DNA from: Lama guanicoe
Lineage: Eukaryota
Assembly (NCBI GenBank): GCA_013239625.1
Contig: MU054037.1
Span: 250,001-314,000 of the forward strand
Direction: 5' to 3'
Length of the DNA: 64,000 nucleotides
Shown here: one piece after another, positions 63,670 to 64,000 of the stretch
How the letters are laid out: the number at the start of each line of letters is the position of its first letter
Position numbering within the stretch: position 1 is the first letter of the stretch
Translations under genes and position numbers: made by a program
The notes under the pieces: model-generated
What the model saw: the letters and a program-made list of their open reading frames with translations, nothing else
Told to the model about the DNA's origin: nothing
Databases searched by the model: none

Positions 63670-64000
63670 GGGAAGAAATTTTCCTTTCCTCTTCCAGGTT
63701 CTTCTGGCTGTTCTAAGAATTAAATTGATGTGAGACAGATTAACAGGAGAAAACCAAACAAAAGCTTACTAATGTGTACATGGGAGAGACCCAGGAAAAC
63801 TGAGTAACTCCTCCAAATGGCCAAAGCCCTCACTTTAAATACCATCCTCAGCTAAAGACAAAAAGAGGGTGAGAGTCAGTTATGGGAGGTGACCTGGAAA
63901 AGCTCTGTCAGCTTGGGTAGAGCTGTTATGCAGATTAGTCATTGCCTTCTCCACTGATAAGAGTTTCTAGGGATCTGATCATCCTCCTCTTCCTGGCACA
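63670..64000 (-). mobile_element. ERV1-class LTR, running off the window end
   Basis: AAGAATTAAATTGATGTGAGACAGATTAACAGGAGAAAA...GGGAGAGACCCAGGAAAACTGAGTAACTC...TTAAATACCATCCTCAGCTAAAGAC...GTTATGCAGATT, recalled as a laurasiatherian ERV1 LTR pattern. Confidence 0.6.

Noticed and set aside
1..64000. CRISPR arrays, operons, rRNA or prokaryotic defence systems
   Set aside because: The sequence is mammalian intron/promoter DNA; there is no regularly spaced repeat-spacer array, no gene-dense coding region and no rRNA-like sequence.

Overview
Mammalian (not microbial) genomic DNA, most likely camelid (alpaca/camel), judged from the tRNA-derived SINEs at 30.7 and 44.4 kb and the young L1 3' ends. 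It contains a CpG-island promoter (~2.15-3.3 kb), a short non-coding first exon ending at 2616, a ~56.8-kb first intron and an 85-nt non-coding exon at 59397-59481. Spliced together, these two exons resemble my recollection of the human SORBS1 (CAP/ponsin) 5'UTR, so the window is probably the 5' end of SORBS1 on the + strand, with the ATG exon beyond the window. This was not confirmed by any search. I found no credible protein-coding exon; the ORF track looks like noise. The rest is intron with old repeats (MIR, L2, MER3/5/20/33/58, MLT1, L1M) and lineage-specific repeats. Best second-look items: (1) a TSD-flanked L1 insertion carrying an apparent, possibly two-step, 3' transduction ~450 bp upstream of exon 1; (2) a 9-codon uORF whose stop codon depends on the next splice junction; (3) candidate alternative 5' exons at ~24.0-24.3 kb and 38071-38324; (4) perfect DR3, DR4 and HNF4-type nuclear-receptor repeats; (5) a SINE that lost its A box by a microhomology deletion. 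I see no evidence for a wholly new biological system.
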